This document shows positions 61,721 to 64,000 of a DNA stretch of 64,000 bases, piece by piece (position 1 is the stretch's first letter; every line of letters begins with the position of its first letter). Made by a program: the position numbers and the translations under genes. Below the pieces are notes generated by a model, which did no database searches, had not been told where the DNA came from, and saw nothing but the letters and a program-made list of their open reading frames with translations. The DNA lies in assembly GCF_018350175.1 (NCBI RefSeq), contig NC_058383.1, positions 24,864,001-24,928,000 of the forward strand, given 5' to 3'. Origin of the DNA: Felis catus. Taxonomy: Eukaryota.

Positions 61721-62321
61721 GTAAGATGATCTGAGCAGTATGAGTTGACTTGCAAAGCACCTTCATCTAATTTTTGTTGTTGTTGAGTCTTGGACAAGGT
61801 GCAGAGGTGGTACCACAGACCATTGCAATGCGAGGGAAAAGCGTTTGCCGCCATAACCACATTCCTTGAGTTTCTCTTGATCGACATATCATCTTTGTGT
61901 CATTTCCCACACCCTGTGTTGGTACAGGTGTCTCTTGTGGAGATGGAATGGGGCTGTATACACAAAAGCAGACATAGGGCTTCAGCAGATGTGTGCTGTA
62001 CACAGTCCATGTGCTGGGCTATGGGAGGCATGAGGCTCAGCCTAAGGTGTATCTGTCCAGGTGAGCCACCAGCCATCCGTAGTTGTTTGATGAGTTATGA
62101 AAACACCTGAACCAGGGCGTTTATGGGTCTCCATCAAGGTTTAAGGGGTGGTTCTCCCCTTTGCCTTGGGATCACCTGAAGCATGTGGGGCTACCCTCTG
62201 CATGTGCCTTGGGATCTGACTGGGCCAAAGAGTTTAAGATGCTTGAGGAATGAGGGGAGGGTTTGTTTTTTTAATCTCTGCACAATCTCCTCGAATCAGA
62301 ATAAACCTCCATCCCTTCTAG

Positions 62322-62398
62322 GGCCTTTTGCAGATCCCAAAGTTGCTCCTGTGAGTGAGAACAACACAGACTCTACCAAAAGGGCCAAGAAGGATAAG
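62322..62398 (+). CDS. MIA3-like exon (77 bp), module A copy 2
   Basis: GPFADPKVAPVSENNTDSTKRAKKDK; paralogous to 60038-60117, same phases. Confidence 0.75.
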
Positions 62399-62916
62399 GT
62401 AAACGCCATGGCCGTTTTCAGTAAAACTCTTCTGGGAAACTCTTATTTTTCTGTTCAGTGCTCTCTCCTGGCACTGTGTCTGTTTTGTGTGTTGTATGAT
62501 ACGTCTGCTTGTTTTTCTTATTTACCAAATGCACAACCTTAACCCAAGTGTCTATGGGCTTCTCTATTTTCTGCCTGTCAACTCCTTATAGTAAGTTTAG
62601 AAGCCAAACGTATTTAGAGGTGAGGACCTTAGGACTTTTCCAGTGTGTTCCTGGAAATAACCCAAGTAGGATGACCCCACACTTCACCTGGAAGTCTCCT
62701 GGCATGCCTCATATTTCCTGGACCTCCTCAATGTGGAATCATTGCTCTTGCTGTTTCTTCCTTTCCTGGTTCTGTCTAGGGGATTAACGTGTTCACAAAA
62801 TCTAAGGTTATCCTTATGGTTCGAAAATGCAAACTGCCTTCACTCCAACTTAGATTTTTGTATGTGTCATTTAGAGTGGTCTTAGACAAACTAAATTTCA
62901 TACCCATCAGCCTTCA

Positions 62917-62955
<39 letters not shown>

Positions 62956-63961
62956 GTGAATGTGCTGTCCAGAATCCCTTCAGGTGTGCCCCGGGTGTAA
63001 ATACTCTGAACTATTTTTGTGACATATTTGTCCTTGAAACATGCACTGGAATATGAGTGGTGAAGAAGAGAAAATCCATAATTACCTGCATTGTAATTCT
63101 GCACTGTGTCCTTTATTTGGGTTCCCATGAGCAGGTTCTCTTGTGTCCTGGGTCACTCTTACAGGTGGAACATGGACATTTACAGCAGAAACAAATGTGC
63201 ATTTGTGATAATTCTGTTATTTAGAATTTCAGCTCATTTTTCTAAAGGACACAATTACCTTGCAAATTGTACTGTACTTAAACTGAGAAGTACTTCTGAA
63301 TTAAAATGAATTAGCTAAGCTTAACTAACATGTATAGATCGGTAGCATGTTTCTCTAAGAATATGCATCCAGATGTTTTTCAGGACCTCAGGATCCCCAC
63401 CCCTCTATGTGTCTCTGTGCCCGTGGATAGCACTTCTACACAGGAGAAGACCCCATTGTCGGGAGAGAAGCAGATTGGGCACAGGCGAGGGCTTAGAGGC
63501 AGAGCTTTGAGCCATGAGGGCTATGAGTCCATGTGTGGAGCCTGGGATTGTCATTCCTTCCCATTCAGAAGTTCTTCACTTACGAATAAGCAGCCTGTGT
63601 GTGGAGGGGGATGAGAGGTGGCGGGTGGTCCTGGACTTAGATGCCTTCCTATTGGGAATATGCTATTTTGTTAATTTGGCATTCACACCATAAATCCACT
63701 AGGACAAGAGCCCTTGCTGTTCTACATTTGCAGACATGTGAGGACACTAGGTTATCCCCATAGCATCCATTACCCACCCCAAAAGCTGTAAGTGGAACCC
63801 AAAGTATGGGTAGAGGCTCCCTGGCACTGATGCTGCCCTCTTGGAACCTGGTGGGGGGAAAGCTGGCTGGAGATGAGCACTGCTTCTTTGGGTTTCCACT
63901 TTTTGCTGGTGTTGATGCTCTGTTCTGTCCTATGAACACAGCATTCGTTTCTGTTCTGCAG

Positions 63962-64000
63962 GCCATTATGTATGCAAGAGGGCCTGGTCCTTTCCCAGGA
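63962..64000 (+). CDS. MIA3-like proline-rich exon, module B copy 2 (cut by window edge)
   Basis: CAG acceptor then AIMYARGPGPFPG vs VNMAPKGPPPFPG. Confidence 0.75.

Larger units (their letters stand above)
59830..64000 (+). repeat. Diverged tandem duplication of an approximately 2.3 kb two-exon unit (copy 1 about 59830-62105; copy 2 from about 62105 to the window end)
   Basis: Shared intronic text 'cagaataaacctccatcccttctag', 'gggaaactct', 'ccttaacccaag', 'atgagcaggttctc/g' and 'ttctgttctgcagg' in both copies. Confidence 0.85.

Noticed and set aside
49507..64000. Calling the gene MIA2/cTAGE5, a CTAGE retrocopy, or true MIA3
   Set aside because: Peptides (VYQ, EERREAAHLKH, KPMPGRPQTLNPPRR) follow MIA3; introns are present; divergence, missing exons and context argue against the orthologue

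Overview
Mammalian genomic DNA, almost certainly from a cat-family carnivore (many felid-type CAN-SINEs and carnivore L1s). Minus strand: the first two coding exons of an apparently intact ACSM4 (3542-3345 and 1050-840; the gene continues off the left edge); a heavily decayed multi-exon relic at about 5.9-20.2 kb whose fragments repeatedly resemble RGS22/RGSL1-type RGS domains; a block of nested L1s (22.6-30.1 kb); and the first three coding exons of a disabled ACSM6 (39543-30444) whose later exons were not found. Plus strand from about 46.1 kb: an intron-containing, diverged MIA3/TANGO1 paralogue resembling the short isoform (no luminal SH3). Sixteen of its exons splice into one open frame of at least 435 codons if one destroyed symmetric exon (54950-55065) is skipped. 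It lacks much of coiled-coil 1 and has a tandemly duplicated proline-rich exon pair; it runs off the right edge. Protein comparisons were made by eye against remembered human sequences and need confirmation by alignment; repeat boundaries are approximate.
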